The position numbers were made by a program, and so were the translations under genes. A stretch of 64,000 nt of DNA from Chiloscyllium plagiosum (lineage: Eukaryota). The notes under the pieces were generated by a model, which saw only the letters and a program-made list of their open reading frames with translations, was not told the origin of the DNA and searched no databases. The DNA lies in NCBI RefSeq assembly GCF_004010195.1, contig NC_057719.1, positions 35,592,064 through 35,656,063 of the forward strand, written 5' to 3'. Of this stretch, positions 37,420 to 51,210 are shown piece after piece (the stretch's first letter is position 1; each line of letters opens with the position of its first letter).

Positions 37420-38562
37420 ATGGGAGACTGATTAGCAAGGTGAGATCTAGCGGAATACAGGGAGAACTAGCCATTTGGATACAGAACTGGCTCAAAGGTA
37501 GAAGACAGAGGGTGGTGGTGGAGGGTTGTTTTTCAAACTGGAGGCCTGTGACCAGTGGAGTGCCACAAGGATCGGTGCTGGGCCCTCTAATTTTTGTCAT
37601 TTACATAAATGATTTGGATGTGAGCATAAGAGGTACAGTTAGTAAGCTTGCAGATGACACCAAAATTGGAGGTGTAGTGGACAGCAAAGTGGGTTACCTC
37701 AGATTACAACAGGATCTGGACCAGATGGGCCAATGGGCTGAAAAGTGGCAGATGGTGTTTAATTCAGATAAATGAGAGATGCTGTATTTTGGAAAAGCAA
37801 ATCTTAGCAGGACTTATACACTTAATGGTAAGGTCCTAGGGAGTGTTGCTGAACAACCTTGGAGTGCAGGTTCATAGCTCCTTGAAAGTGGAGTTGCAGG
37901 TCGATAGGATAGTGAAGGCGACGTTTGGTATGCTTTTCTTTATTGGTCAGAGTATTGAGTACAGGAGTTGGGAGGTCATGTTGCGGCTGTACAGGACATT
38001 GGTTAGACCACTGTTGGAATATTGCGTGCAATTCTGGTCTCCTTCCTATTGGAAGGATGTTGTGAAACTTGAAAGGGTTCAGAAAAGATTTACAAGAATG
38101 TTGCCAGAGTCGGAGGATTTGAGCTATAGGGAGAGGCTGAACAGGCTGAGGCTGTTTTCCCTGGAGCGTAAGAGGCTGAGGGGTGACCTTATAGAGGTTT
38201 ACAAAATTATGAGAGGCATGGACAGGGTAAATAGGCAAAATCTTTTCCCTGGGGGCAGGGAGTCCAGAACTAGAGGGCATAGGTTTAGGGTGAGAGGAGA
38301 AAGATATAAATTAGACCTAAGGGGTAACTTTTTCCACACAGAGGGTGGTACATGTATGGAATGAGCTGCCAGAGGAAGTGGTGGAGGCTGGTACAATTGC
38401 AACATTTAAGAGGCTTTTGGATGGGTATATGAATAGGAAGGGTTTGGAGGGATATGGGCCGGGTACTGGCAGGTGGGACTAGATTGGGTTGGGATATCTG
38501 GTCAGCATGGACTGGTTGGACCGAACGGTCTGTTTCCATGCTGTACATCTCTATGACTCTAT
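37420..38562 (+). mobile_element. Young 5'-truncated CR1 LINE
   Basis: [31 protein letters not shown] and LVRPLLEYCVQFWSP, with tail ctctatgactctat. Confidence 0.92.
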
Positions 38563-38728
38563 AAGAGAAAAATGTTTAAATGAAACAATGAATCTGCAAA
38601 GTTAAACAGAAGAATTAAATCTGATAATTCAACAGTGATCAATTTAGAGTCTCATGAGGCTTGTATATAAATTTCTTTCATGACGTTCATAAGAAGCAAA
38701 GTAGTATCATTTTGTAGCCATCTTATAC

Positions 38729-38845
38729 CTGAGTTGCTTGATCTTCTACTGCCTTTCTGATCATCTGGATATCATCTATCAATGGACCATCTGTTTCCAT
38801 AGCAACTGGACTATTCAAGCTACTGGGTTCAATATAAAGCTGATA
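38729..38845 (-). CDS. PPP2R5C: PPP2R5C 117-nt frame-preserving exon (39 aa; homologous to the human B56-gamma3-specific insert)
   Basis: YQLYIEPSSLNSPVAMETDGPLIDDIQMIRKAVEDQATQ contains the recalled PVAMETDGPL motif. Phase 0/0, tttcag acceptor, gtata donor. Confidence 0.9.
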
Positions 38846-40347
38846 CTGAAAAATAAAATTTAAGTTTCATGTACAAATAAGCTGAAGTTTAATCTAAAAG
38901 TAAAAATGGATTAACAAATATCTAGAGAGATACCATATTTCAATTTGAAAACTAAGTGTGTCTCTGTCTGGATGCACAAAACATTCAAGAATTTACATTT
39001 GGTGCTACTTAAGTTTTAGTGGAAGAAAAATGCAAGTTTTGCTGAGGCACTAAACAAAGAAAAACCAAAGAGATGAATTCAGGTTTTATTAATGGCTGAC
39101 TGTTCAGAGATACAGTCATCTTGGATTAGCCAATCTTAGCTACTAAGAAACAATGATACAATTAGTCAAACCTGTATCCATATTTATATGATCATATTGT
39201 AAGGATAGAACAAAGCTCAACTGTGATGCCTTGATGCCAAACCTCCTCCAATATTTAGGGTCAATGATCACAGCTAAATAATTACCAGTTTAGATGTGCG
39301 TGGATGGACACTTGGGTGGGGTGTGCATGTGCGGTGGGTGGCTGTGCAGGGTAACATGCACAAGTCTGAGGGTGAATGTCAGGGGGAAGATATCAACATT
39401 GTCACCATAACACACAAAGACCCAATATCTAATGGAGAAAAGTGGCTTAAAACTCAATGGGCCCGATGGAGGAGAGATTTAGAAATAGGCTAATTGCCTT
39501 CTCAGCAACATATCAACACAGGGTTCATACTCAACAAAGAATTCGCATAAATACAGGGGAATGAAGAAAGTATTCCATTTCAAAATAGAAAAAGTGTAAA
39601 TATGCAGTTTAAAATTATCCTGAACTGACCAAAATGTGCTTAATATATACATTTCAATATACAAATAGAGCTTCACATACAAATAATGAGATAAATATCT
39701 AGAGAGATGGCATCTTTCACTGTTTACGTTTCCAACATGTAAATTTAAAACATCTGATATATAGCACAGATTACATAACATTTAACAATTTAAAACTCCC
39801 AGCGGTATATACAAAGTAGTCAATAGGAAAACATTCTCAGTGGAGTTGTGGTCCAGTATATCTAATTGGTACCGTCAGGCACTGGTGGTGCTTAAGCACC
39901 TATTTCTTGCCCTTTAAAATTGTGATATGCCAAGCATAAACCACAGTTCGGCTGACAATCAAGTTACTAGCTTTCCTTGCTGAGATATGCAGTTTATGAA
40001 CATGCACTACCACTTCTAAGAATGTGCCATCATTTTGGGCAGGATTATTCTAATGTAATGTTAAAAGATTAAATTGTACTCTCTCTCTGGACATTAATGT
40101 CATGTTAAGGGTTAAACTGTACTATCTTTTTCCAAGAAGCTGAACATTCTGTCGCACAGATAACATGCAGAATGTAGATGACTCTCCACACTTCATTTGG
40201 GCAGCCATTTACTACTATTTTACTGCAATTATTAAATTAAACCCTCATTCTATCCCATCCATTCAGAAATGCTTTCATAGCCATCCCCAGCCAATCAAAT
40301 TTGTTTGCGTGATCATTCCCCGATACTGAAGTACATCACACCTACAT

Positions 40348-40763
40348 TGTTGGGGGAAATAGCGGAACCAGAACTTGTTTTCAGAGCCGCTCTGATGCTA
40401 GGACGTCTAACACCTACATTGTCTTGGGCAATAACTGAGTCAGGAAATGGTTAGCATAATGATTCCCCAGGATTAGGGATTTCACATTATCTCAGAGGAT
40501 GACCTCATCCTACCACTGTACCTAGGGTAACGTGATTATTAGCAGGGGAATGGCCGCAGTACCTGTGAGCATTACCAACTGACCTACATAAAGGGGATAT
40601 GTTTCCTTTGTTCAGGGCCTCTTAGACTCGACTCTGCAAGCTTGCGAAGAGTGTCAAAGGGGTCACCTAGCTTGTATAGGGTTTAATAAACTTTAACTCT
40701 TTGCAGAAGTTGCTGTGTGCAAATTGCATCTAGTGTGTGAAACCTCAGGAAAAGAACCTAACA
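40348..40763 (+). mobile_element. Probable solo LTR
   Basis: Termini TGTTGGG...CCTAACA (6/7 inverted match, TG..CA), TATA-like TACATAAA at ~40586 and AATAAA at ~40685. GC-richer than its flanks. No clean TSD. Confidence 0.55.
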
Positions 40764-43700
40764 CTAAGTCTTGAATGGTTTGGTGCAAAGTTACTTATTG
40801 GACCAAGTTATGCACTTTACAGCTACCACACCTCAAACTTAAGTCACAAAAGGAGTATATTCAATAAGCTTCATATGCTAACCTTGTAAAGTAGGTAAAT
40901 GGATAACGTTGCACGAAGGCACTGATTTACATAAGTAACAGCAAGTTCCATGGCACGTTTTCCTTTCTTCATTCACACCATTTGGGTCCTATATGCTGCA
41001 ACTAATACTGAAAATCTTGCTCAAAGCAACTGTCATATCCCTTCAAAGTGGGATTTTATAGAAAAAATTATAATTTTTGGAAATCAGATAAAAAGTGAAA
41101 ATTACATTTATTCTTTGCAGTTACTTTAGAACTCAAATTGGTTAACTGATAAAGCTGGTAGCTCCCTTCCCCATTTAGGGCAGTAAAATTTACAGTGAAA
41201 TTCTAAAAGGTCACTGCATCTATTCTGAACTCAAGCCTACACAAAATATATTCATTTGAATTAATACGATCAAGCCTGATATACAACATCTTATGACATT
41301 GTTTTTATGCCTGATTTTATATGGATATCATTATGATCCCAGTTGATGCCAATATTGGAAAAGTCAGATCTTAAGAGTGAGATCTGGCTGAAAAAGTTTT
41401 ATTCTTTTTGGTTTTTAAGGTTAGTCACTGAGCAGTATTCACAAGAGGCTACTTCAAACAAAACGACAAAATTTTATTTTTCATAGAGAAAACAAACTAG
41501 ACCAACACTATACAGGAATTATTGAAACAAACTCTTTACAAATAGAGTACAAGACAAAAAGCTGACAAAATGGGATTTGATAATAGAAAAGACCAACTAC
41601 CAAAGTGCTAATTAACGTCACCATCACTGAGTTCAAGAAATCAGCTAGATTTCCCCTAAATAGGTTCTAGGAAGGATCATTGGTTAATGTCCATGTAGAC
41701 ATAGGATGGAGGTAGGGTGATATTTAGTTGTGATACCTTCATAAAATAGTGGCATTGGACACACATGTTAAAAACAACCACTTCAATTGATATTGGACGT
41801 TTTAAGTTTCCAAAGAGTGATACCAGCTTCTGGAACCATACCTGGTAGAGTTGGGGGATTTGGGAGGGAAAAGACAAGGTTTACGAGAATTAAAGCTCCT
41901 AATTCCTGTGCGTACTATTATTACTTGTACTGAATACAACTATCCACACTGGTTTAAGGGTTCCCATATTTGTCCTTTTCGGATACACAGGTGTGTGAAT
42001 AAAGATTGATTCCCAAGAACATACACTGGAAAGTGACAAAATGTCTACAGTATCTCCAATTTATCTTAGTCGTCACCAGAATTGAAACATTACCATTGCT
42101 TTTTTCCCCCACAGATGCAGCTAGACCTGCTGACTTTTCCCAGCAATTTGTTTTGTTTTAGATCTTCAGCATCTGCGGTTTTTTGTTTTAGATTTTTTAC
42201 ATCCCAACATATTTGCAAAGAAAATATTTTTGTTACCTTTTACATCTCTTAACTTTTTTTTTCTTCTCTATTCACTTATTGTGCTAAATGAACCAGTCAA
42301 ACTTATTTTCTGACTCAGAATTTACACAGCTTGTTTAAAATTCTTCAAATTTCGTCACTTAAGGAGTTGCAAATTGCCTGTAGAGGGCACCATGTCTTTC
42401 TAAGGTTCAGTGTGATGCAAATACATTCTAAGCCAGTTGGTCAGGTTGAAACAGAGACAAATATCTTTTTCTTGTGGAGAATGTTTACTGACTAAGTCCT
42501 ATCCCTCTTATCTCATATCCAGTGTCACAGATGCTTCCATCTGTATATGTTCAAACAATTAATATCCACATGAATCTAGCAATGATCACGCATTAACAAT
42601 GATTAATGGTGAATGTAATGAATGGGACTGTCCACAAAGTTCGACCCAATGTCACCATGGGATTGTTACTTCATGCCATAAAGTATGAGTGATTTTGAGC
42701 TGCAGTCTTACACGCATCAGCAATTGAATCAAAATTTTGAAAATACTCAAGTGATGTGGATGTTTCTGACAAGGGCAGCATTTGTTCCCCATCTCTAATG
42801 TCCCTTGATCTAACTGGCTTGCCACAATAAACAGCCAACAACATCACCGTGGACCTGAATTTATATATATTAGATAAAAAATTGTTGATTACTTTTTTTA
42901 CACAGAGGAAGAAGTTTGTGAACCAGATGGTTTTTCAGAACACTATGATAATTTCATGGTCACCATTAACAGTCTCATGTTTAATTCTAAATTTAGAAAT
43001 TGAATTTATTTGAAGCAAATAAGTATACTTAACCAACAAAAAAAGCCACTAAGCATTAATCAATTATAAACTAATCTGCAATTGAAATTCTGTTAAGTCC
43101 CTAAAACATGAGTCAAATGCTCTGGACATTATCTAATGACATTAACACTATGCCACAATTGCTCCTTTTGTAATTCTGCAATGTTGAGATTCAAAATTGA
43201 GAGAATAGATTAACTGACCATGTGGCAACAATTTCTGAATTCTTAAAAACACATCAAATGACTAAAGTTTCACCATATGCACTCTGAAGAGGCACACGTA
43301 TTTCCTAATTATAAGAGTTGCATGCTAAAATTGGGCATTTAGAGGTTACTACATTTTTAAAAATTATAAACGAAACTTTGTTATTTTACCCAAATGGATC
43401 TTGTGCATTTCAATACGCTTAGAAACAAATAACTTAACCACCTAAAGCTATAAAATATTCATCAGTTACAATCTAATACACAATGTTCCCCTTTAACAGA
43501 ACTGAATACAGCATTACCCAACTTCAAATGTTTTGTCCACCTTTGAACGTGACACTACAAAATACTTCTAGCAAAATATCAATGGATCATTACTAAAGGA
43601 ATTCACTCATTCATCTCTACTTGAGATTTTCATTTAATAAGAATTTCTCCTTTATAAATAATCCACAACAGGAGTATTTAAATAGCTCTACAACCCCTCT

Positions 43701-46469
43701 CCATCAAGCCCCATTCAGAGGTGCTTGACCCAGTGATTGAAATTTTATATAGTCTTGTTCTGGAGAGCTTTGATACATTTTTTAAATATCATGTTATTAA
43801 AAAAAAAATATCATAATTACAAACCACCTCATACCAGCTGATAAAGAAGTGGCATTGATGAATGTCATGGATACACAAAATAATATACAAGTACATTACA
43901 ACAGTGAAAACAATTCATTAGCAGTGAAGTGCTTTAGGATATTTCAAGATTGTGAAAGGCAATATACTAAATGCAAGTTCATTTATCCTCTTTTAGATAA
44001 CGAAAACACTATTTGCTGGCAAATACAGAGACTGGAACTGGAACTTGGGAACACAAGTAGGTTACTTGCTAGAGATAACAAGCTTTATACAACAAGATTG
44101 TACAGAAGATTACTCACATTTACTAAAAGGCATACAGCATAGTCCTGTTTTAAAATTATTTACCATAAAAATTGACTTATCCAGTAATTCTAATTAACCA
44201 TGAATGAGCAGGAGTAAATTACACCAAAAAGATAAATTTATCACTTATACACACCAGAATATTAACACATGACATGTACCTGCACGATTTACTGTCAAAT
44301 CTTTTATTCAGTAATGCATTGTGATCAATAATTATTAACAATTGAAAATTGAAAAATACACAAGCATGGGAAGATCTTGAAGTTAAAAAAGTTCATTCAA
44401 AGGGTTTGAGAAATTGAATTACAACATACTCTAAATGGAAAGGTTTATTGTAATTATCTATTTTTATTATACTACAATGAAAGATTGTACTGGTTCTGTA
44501 CATTGAACTATTTGGAATGTTCTAAGTTTACAAGGTAGCTTCCTTCAGCTCTGTACATGCCATTAGCAATAGTGCCAAAATCCATCTCTAAGGAGATCTT
44601 TGTTCCTGATGATTAAGACATTTCATTTGTTCAGTGGGCTAATTTAAAAATCACATGACATTTTTAAAAAAAATTGAAGTTTTGGTGCATTTTGATACAA
44701 GTGCCTACCTGGTTTTTGGAGACAGGGCACATGGACAGTTCCCAGGATGACCAGTTTTGAAAGGAACCCAGTGTCTGATGAAAGGAAGTCACTTATGAAG
44801 TTTGGTTAAAATAAAGCATTTTAGGATGGTCAGTATTTATGGACAAATAACCTTAAGTCAGGTAAAGCACAGGAAAAGAAATACATTAGATCTTCCTCTA
44901 CTTTTCCCAACAATGGAATTCAACTTCAACCTCAAAAGGGTGCATCTAAATGGTTGTCAGCATCCTTATCTCCCAAAGGATAACTGAAACTTTTATGTCA
45001 AATTACTGGTGTTTTGTTCTGTGGGCCAATGCCTACTAGCGGAGACTGGTCTAGTCAGTCTCTGGTATATTACACAGATAAAAAGAAGGAAAACCACTCT
45101 GACAGTTACTTTTAAAATGTACTAGTTAAGCATGATATATGCAGAGTTAATTCCACCATTCAGATCAAGCAAGATGTTTTTCTGAGGGATGGTAGTCATG
45201 CGGAGGAATGAATGGACAAAAGAAGAGAGAGAAACCTGCTTGGAGAAGAGTTACAAAGTCAGAAATCTCTCAGATATGGATAAGAAAAAGTTGAACATGT
45301 GCATTTGGAAAGGCCATTACCAATAACTCAGCAATTTACTATTGTTAAATTATTTACCAGATATACCAATGTTGGTCTTGTTGGGAGTAAAGTGGTTATA
45401 GAGGAAAAGATAGCTGCGCAGCATTAACATTCGCAGCTTGTCAGTCACTGTCAATTTCACTGACTCAGAAAATGATTGTCATTCTAGACACCGCTGCATG
45501 TTGCCCATATACCAGTTTTAGAGGATTAGAAAGAAAATCATATAGAATTCGGAGTAAAAAGGGAGTGCAGATTTATGCAAAAAGAAGTTCATCTTAAGGG
45601 TAGAGGTAGATGGTTGGATATAAGAAAAATATTTTGAAATTATCTATTTATACATCCTTACTTTAAGTGTTTTAAATAGTTCAGTAATTTTAGTAAATAA
45701 TAAACAGAAGCAACAATGTTGCAAATCTACCCAGTGTCTTTGGTGTGGAAATGCACTCCAAACAACTCAAACAACTTATCTTTATATGAGTTATAACACT
45801 AAGGACAGACTACAACTACAAGTACAGGAAGACATATTTTAAATGTATATTCCCATATAAATTAGGCGACATGGTAGCTTTCTGTGCATTTCCAAATTAA
45901 ATCTTGTGAGCTACCAGCAATTTTAAATGAAATGAATGAATTGACAGAGTTGATCAGATTAATCACACCTACAGCGACACTTGGTTGAAGTGCGTTGGGT
46001 TTGGGATAAGACTTGCCTCAAGTTGATTTTGGTGCCTGTTGCACTACCACAATTTTCATGGTTTGACACCAAACAAACAAAATAATTTGTGGATTTCTAA
46101 TAAATCTGGATAAATAATTGGAATTGAAGTACAGAAGTAGATATTTCAAGTTAAAAACAATTGTTCTGAATGTCTTTTAAAGAAAGTTGCAAAAGCTATT
46201 ATCAGATACAAGCACAAGCTTACAAAGATGACTCCAATTTATAAAGTTTGTAAAGCAATCCATTGCAAACTCATTTTCTGAATTTGATCGGACACGTACA
46301 ATTGACGTAGCCCTCACAGATAAACTATTTTTATAAGTAAATAATCAACTTAATATAATCCAAATTCTGCGCTAAAAACAAATAACTTTGAAAGCTTTTC
46401 AATACAGCACATTTCACCTTTATATATTGTTCTATGGAGAGTATCATAATAGTGATGGTATAAACGTAC

Positions 46470-46542
46470 CTGTGGATTTGCTTTTGCTAAATTCTCTATT
46501 TTGAGCCAAGCCTCTTCACGTTCTTTCAATTTTGCTTTCTCC
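46470..46542 (-). CDS. PPP2R5C: PPP2R5C exon (73 nt)
   Basis: [24 protein letters not shown], with tttag acceptor and gtacg donor. Confidence 0.94.
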
Positions 46543-48249
46543 CTAAACATTACAAAAGTGACAGTTTTGAGATACCTAAAGAAAATACTTTAATAGTTTG
46601 AACTCGCAATTATCTCAGACAGTGCATTAAAACAGCAATGGCAGTTTTGGTGGTATTGTCTTATCATCTGTGAAGTGAACACAGAGCTGTTCATCGTAAA
46701 ATGTAATAACAATGGAACCAAAGTAGTTTACAGTGCAGGTAGCCATCATATGGTTCTTTGTTACAGCCACCGAAAACTGACTTTCACCTATTTATGTTAG
46801 TTTTAAACGATGGCCCTTTCATGATTACCTCCCCAACCAGATGAAGCAATTCTGAAGAATCATATTGGACTTGAAACATGAATTTTCTTTCTCGCTTGAA
46901 AGATACTGCCAGACTTTCTTCACAAGTTTCTGTTTTATTTCAGATGAAACAGTGTTCCTCTATTCATTTTTAAAACCTGTCACAATTATAAAAGCTGTTT
47001 AATTTCCTTTTGTCTCATCAGTCTAAATGGTCATGAATTAAACCATAACTACAGATGGATAATTTTCAATCCTAGACTTTGCAATAATGAATCTACACTT
47101 CATTTAAATTATTGAACTTAACAACTCCAAATGTTTCTAGCTTCTATTACTTCATCTGCCTAGACTCCATTTCATAAAAAAAAATCTTTGAATATATAAA
47201 TTTAGTTCCTCATCCATATATGTCAGCAACATTTTACTGAGCATATGTTCTTGCTTCTCTTGTAATTTATTCCCTCATACTTACTCTTTTCAAATCAAAC
47301 TGCATCTGACACTATTCTACCATTAAACTAACATCTGTGTCTAGCTGATTAATTGTACAGTCCTGTTTGTTTTGAGTTTGAAACTGCAAATCATCTGTAT
47401 ATCATGAATGAAGAATACCAGGCCAGACTCTGGCCACTTCAAATCATTTTCCAGTTCAAATCACTTTCTAGTTTAACCACTAAATACCACAACGATCTGA
47501 ATATATAACTATATAATGATATACCACACCTCTTTGCTCTTGTTCTGGCTTACTGCTCTTTCCCCATGACTTTTTAAAACCTTTCTTTTTCAAATATTTA
47601 TTCAATACGGTTTTGAAAATAACAATTAAACTTGTTTCAACTACTCCTTCAGGCAGTGTATTCCTAATAATTCTCTACATAAAAAGAGTTCACAATCCCA
47701 CTTTTGCAGCATGCCAGGACTTTTCTGATGAGCTTTGCAAGGCACCTCCAAGAACCATTAAAGATCAGTTCAATACAAAACAGAGTCTGAAAGAATGAAG
47801 ACAAGCTAAGGAATGTGAACTAGACAACACTGTTAGAGGAGAAATACAAGACAATGTGTTACTAGCTAGGATCAATATGCTAACACAGACAGTACAGAAT
47901 AAATATATACCATGAGGTGGTAAAATAAAATGCCCACTTAAAAAAAATCTGATGCAGGAATTAAGGGTAAAATTAAATATCTGGCAAAGTACAGCAGCAT
48001 AAGATAAATATAAAACATAAAAGTAGGTAGGAAACTTAACAGGAAGGTTCATGCAGAATTTGATCATCAAGAAATTGAAAAGAAATGGAACTTGGCTTCA
48101 TTAATATACTTACAGTAAGCATGTTGAAAACGTAAAAACAGCAGAGGCAATGTGAAAGGAAGAAGTAGAATTGTTGGTTGAGGGTAGGCATTTAAATACT
48201 TGTAGTGTCCATACAAAAAGAAACAGAACTTTCAGGGAACAGTAACAGG

Positions 48250-49750
48250 ATGAGGGAACTAAAGGCAACACTACAGTTCCAGACTAACTGCATACGGAGA
48301 TATTTAATGTGTCAATGAACAAAACTATTCTTGTGTTGCATTAGAAAGAGGAGTAATACTTGTCTATTGGGGCAAGAAAGCTAACAAGTTTTGAAAGGAG
48401 ATTAAGACTGAAACCACAACTGCAGTAACTGACAGCAGCTTGTGCACCTTCAGCGACTTGATGAGCTGAAGTTGGAGATACATCAGTCAGTGGGAAAGGT
48501 ACATAGACACTTATTCAGGTAGACAATTATAATATTTTGGCTGGTAACAGTGCAAATGAGCAGGTGAAGTGTACAATGGAACAACTGTGTGCAATGGGAA
48601 AACCAGTTAAGAAACCCTGAGAAAAGGCACAGATGTTGAAAGAAGTCTGCGCAGATCTGAGTGTTTCTGGGACAGCACTAGCCTGACAGAGTTACAGCAC
48701 ACGTTGAGGAGGGGTTCTAGTTTCTGTATCCCTGGAGTTGGGATGAAGTTGTTTAATTGATCTTTTGAATTCCTCCTGTTGATTGACCAAGTACAGGATA
48801 CTAAAGGACTGCTCAGCAGAGAAGTAAATGATGAGAATGTACATACAGCGTTGACAAGGCTGTACAGTGTAAAACCTCAATCTTTGAAGTACAGGACCAT
48901 GTTATCTAGAATCCAAGGAAAGACTGGACTCCTGAGATCAGGAAAGAGGCAACCCATCAGGAAGGGCATTCAGCACAATTGAGAATTATATCTCGGAACG
49001 AAGAGGCAGATTACTGAAAAGTAAGCGCAGTCCAATCTTTGCTGCTATTACCTCCATGGTAAGGCTTCTGGTTGATCCTACGCATATCTATGGAGTGTGA
49101 CAGCCAACTGTGCACAGTCTTGCATAAACCTCATATCGCAACCCACTAGACAAAATAATGCATGTTGCTCCCTTCTCATCGTCGACTAAGGCCACTTTTC
49201 TGCTGCTTGGATTTTCTCATCGTTCGTCCCAACTACTAATTAAAAAAAGTGGCCTAACTAACTTTCAGGGCTGGTTTATGATTTCTAATAACACCTTGCA
49301 CTCATCCTTGAGCTATTCTCCACTCTCTTCTTTAGAGGAGACCCAGTCCTTCCAGTGAACCACTGCCTCGCCACACCTTCTGGGGTGATGGCTTGGTAAA
49401 TGAGTCGATAGCAGGTCATCACATGGAGTTAAGCCAGGTGTTCAAGACAGTTTCCACAAGGACAGACAGAAGCACTGAAAATACATACACTGACTAAATT
49501 ACAAGGATATTTTTCCAAAACCAGAACAAGATACAAGATGTGTGCGGTCCTTGACCCCACAGTCATCAAGTAGTGACCACATCTATATTGATAAAATCAA
49601 CAGCTGTGCGGCAGCAGAAAATAGTTCACAAAGGGGAGTTGCTTGAGGCCAGAGTCTGGTGATTGATATAGAGGCAAGCAGCTCACTCAGCAACACTGCA
49701 GAACCTTAAGTGCCAAAGTGTGTCAGAGCAAAGTTCAGTCGGATTACTCG
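48250..49750 (-). mobile_element. Very old RTE-like LINE remnant
   Basis: The reverse complement near 49350-49470 resembles the RTE endonuclease K-P..V.W..SG-HW region. Heavily decayed. Confidence 0.45.
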
Positions 49751-50872
49751 GCTTTTACTCATTCAAATTTAGAAGAACAGCTGATCATTTTGAAACAACA
49801 TTCTGAGAGACACTTGACAGAGCAGAAGTAGAGAGGATGTTTTCCTTTGTGAAGAAATATAGAACTAGAGGACAAAGTTTCAACATTGAAGTTGTCCAAT
49901 TTAAAATAGGGATTAGGAAGATTTTCTTGTTTGAGAGGGTGGCCAATATTTGGAATTTTCTTACAGAGCAAACAGTGAAGTTTCAGTCACTGAATATGCC
50001 CAAGATTGACTTGGATAGATTTTGATTAACAAGAAAGTCAATTGTTAATGGGGATGTGAGGGACCGGGGAAGAGGCAGGCAGGAAAGTGAAGTTAAGATT
50101 ACAATCAGATCAACCACGATCTTATTGAATGGCAGGCTCAGAAGGGTTAATTGCCTATTCCTGCTTTAATTTCATGTTATGGCAAAATAAGCACAAATGG
50201 GCAACTTCTGGCTTGTTCTCTGCTGAACTGAGCAATGCTGCATTTTTTTTTTATTTACTCAAGACCCAGTACCATCAAGTATAATGAGTGTCTAGTTCTG
50301 CTATGGTTACTGCCTCCATGGGCTCAGAAATCTGTAATTTAACAAGCTTCTAAATAATAGCAGAGAGCCACAAAGGCTCAGCTACAATAGTCATATAGTC
50401 TTTATTCCCTTCAAATATGGAAGTTGAAAGATGATCGCAGGAGCAAATCAACATCTCAGCTTATCGTCTAATTACTTCTCCGTCATTTACATTTTAGTAG
50501 GTCAGATACACTACTCCTGGAGCTCTCTTCAAACTTGTTTGAATGTGTATACTGTAGGGATACAGAACACTGGGGAAAGTGAAGACTGTTTTATCTGCTA
50601 ATATATACTTCATTTGCAGCTCTCATATGCTACATCTCCATAGTTTAGCTAAATTTTTATTTAAACAGGTGCAAATCTATATACTGAAATTGCTTATAAC
50701 GATAAGATAATCACAAACTTGTGAACTGCATATTGTTTGCTGGTTCACTCTCCACTAATTTATTTGTCCATTATTGTTTCTTGAATACAAATTTAGGCTA
50801 ATCACGTGCAAATATCTGAGACAACAATAGGTAATAGATAACTTTGTGGTAGAGTGAGATCTATGCACATTA

Positions 50873-51006
50873 CAGAACAACCTTGATTATCTGAACGTCG
50901 ATTATCCAAATTTTGGATTATCCGAACAAGATCTCAAGGTCCCGTAAAACTTTACCCAAACAAAATACTCTTCACCCGTCTTGTTCAGATAATCGAGGTT
51001 GTTCTG
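50873..51006. mobile_element. 134-bp Tc1/mariner-type MITE
   Basis: 24-bp TIRs cagaacaacct(t/c)gattatctgaac (23/24 match), flanked by TA on both sides. Confidence 0.9.
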
Positions 51007-51033
51007 TATATGCTGGACAGACACTTGAACTTA

Positions 51034-51210
<177 letters not shown>

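Noticed and set aside
45122..45235. Possible alternative terminal exon of PPP2R5C (ccaagcag|GTTTCT..., 37 codons to TAG)
   Set aside because: Only an acceptor-like sequence supports it. It does not resemble known B56-gamma tails and needs RNA evidence.
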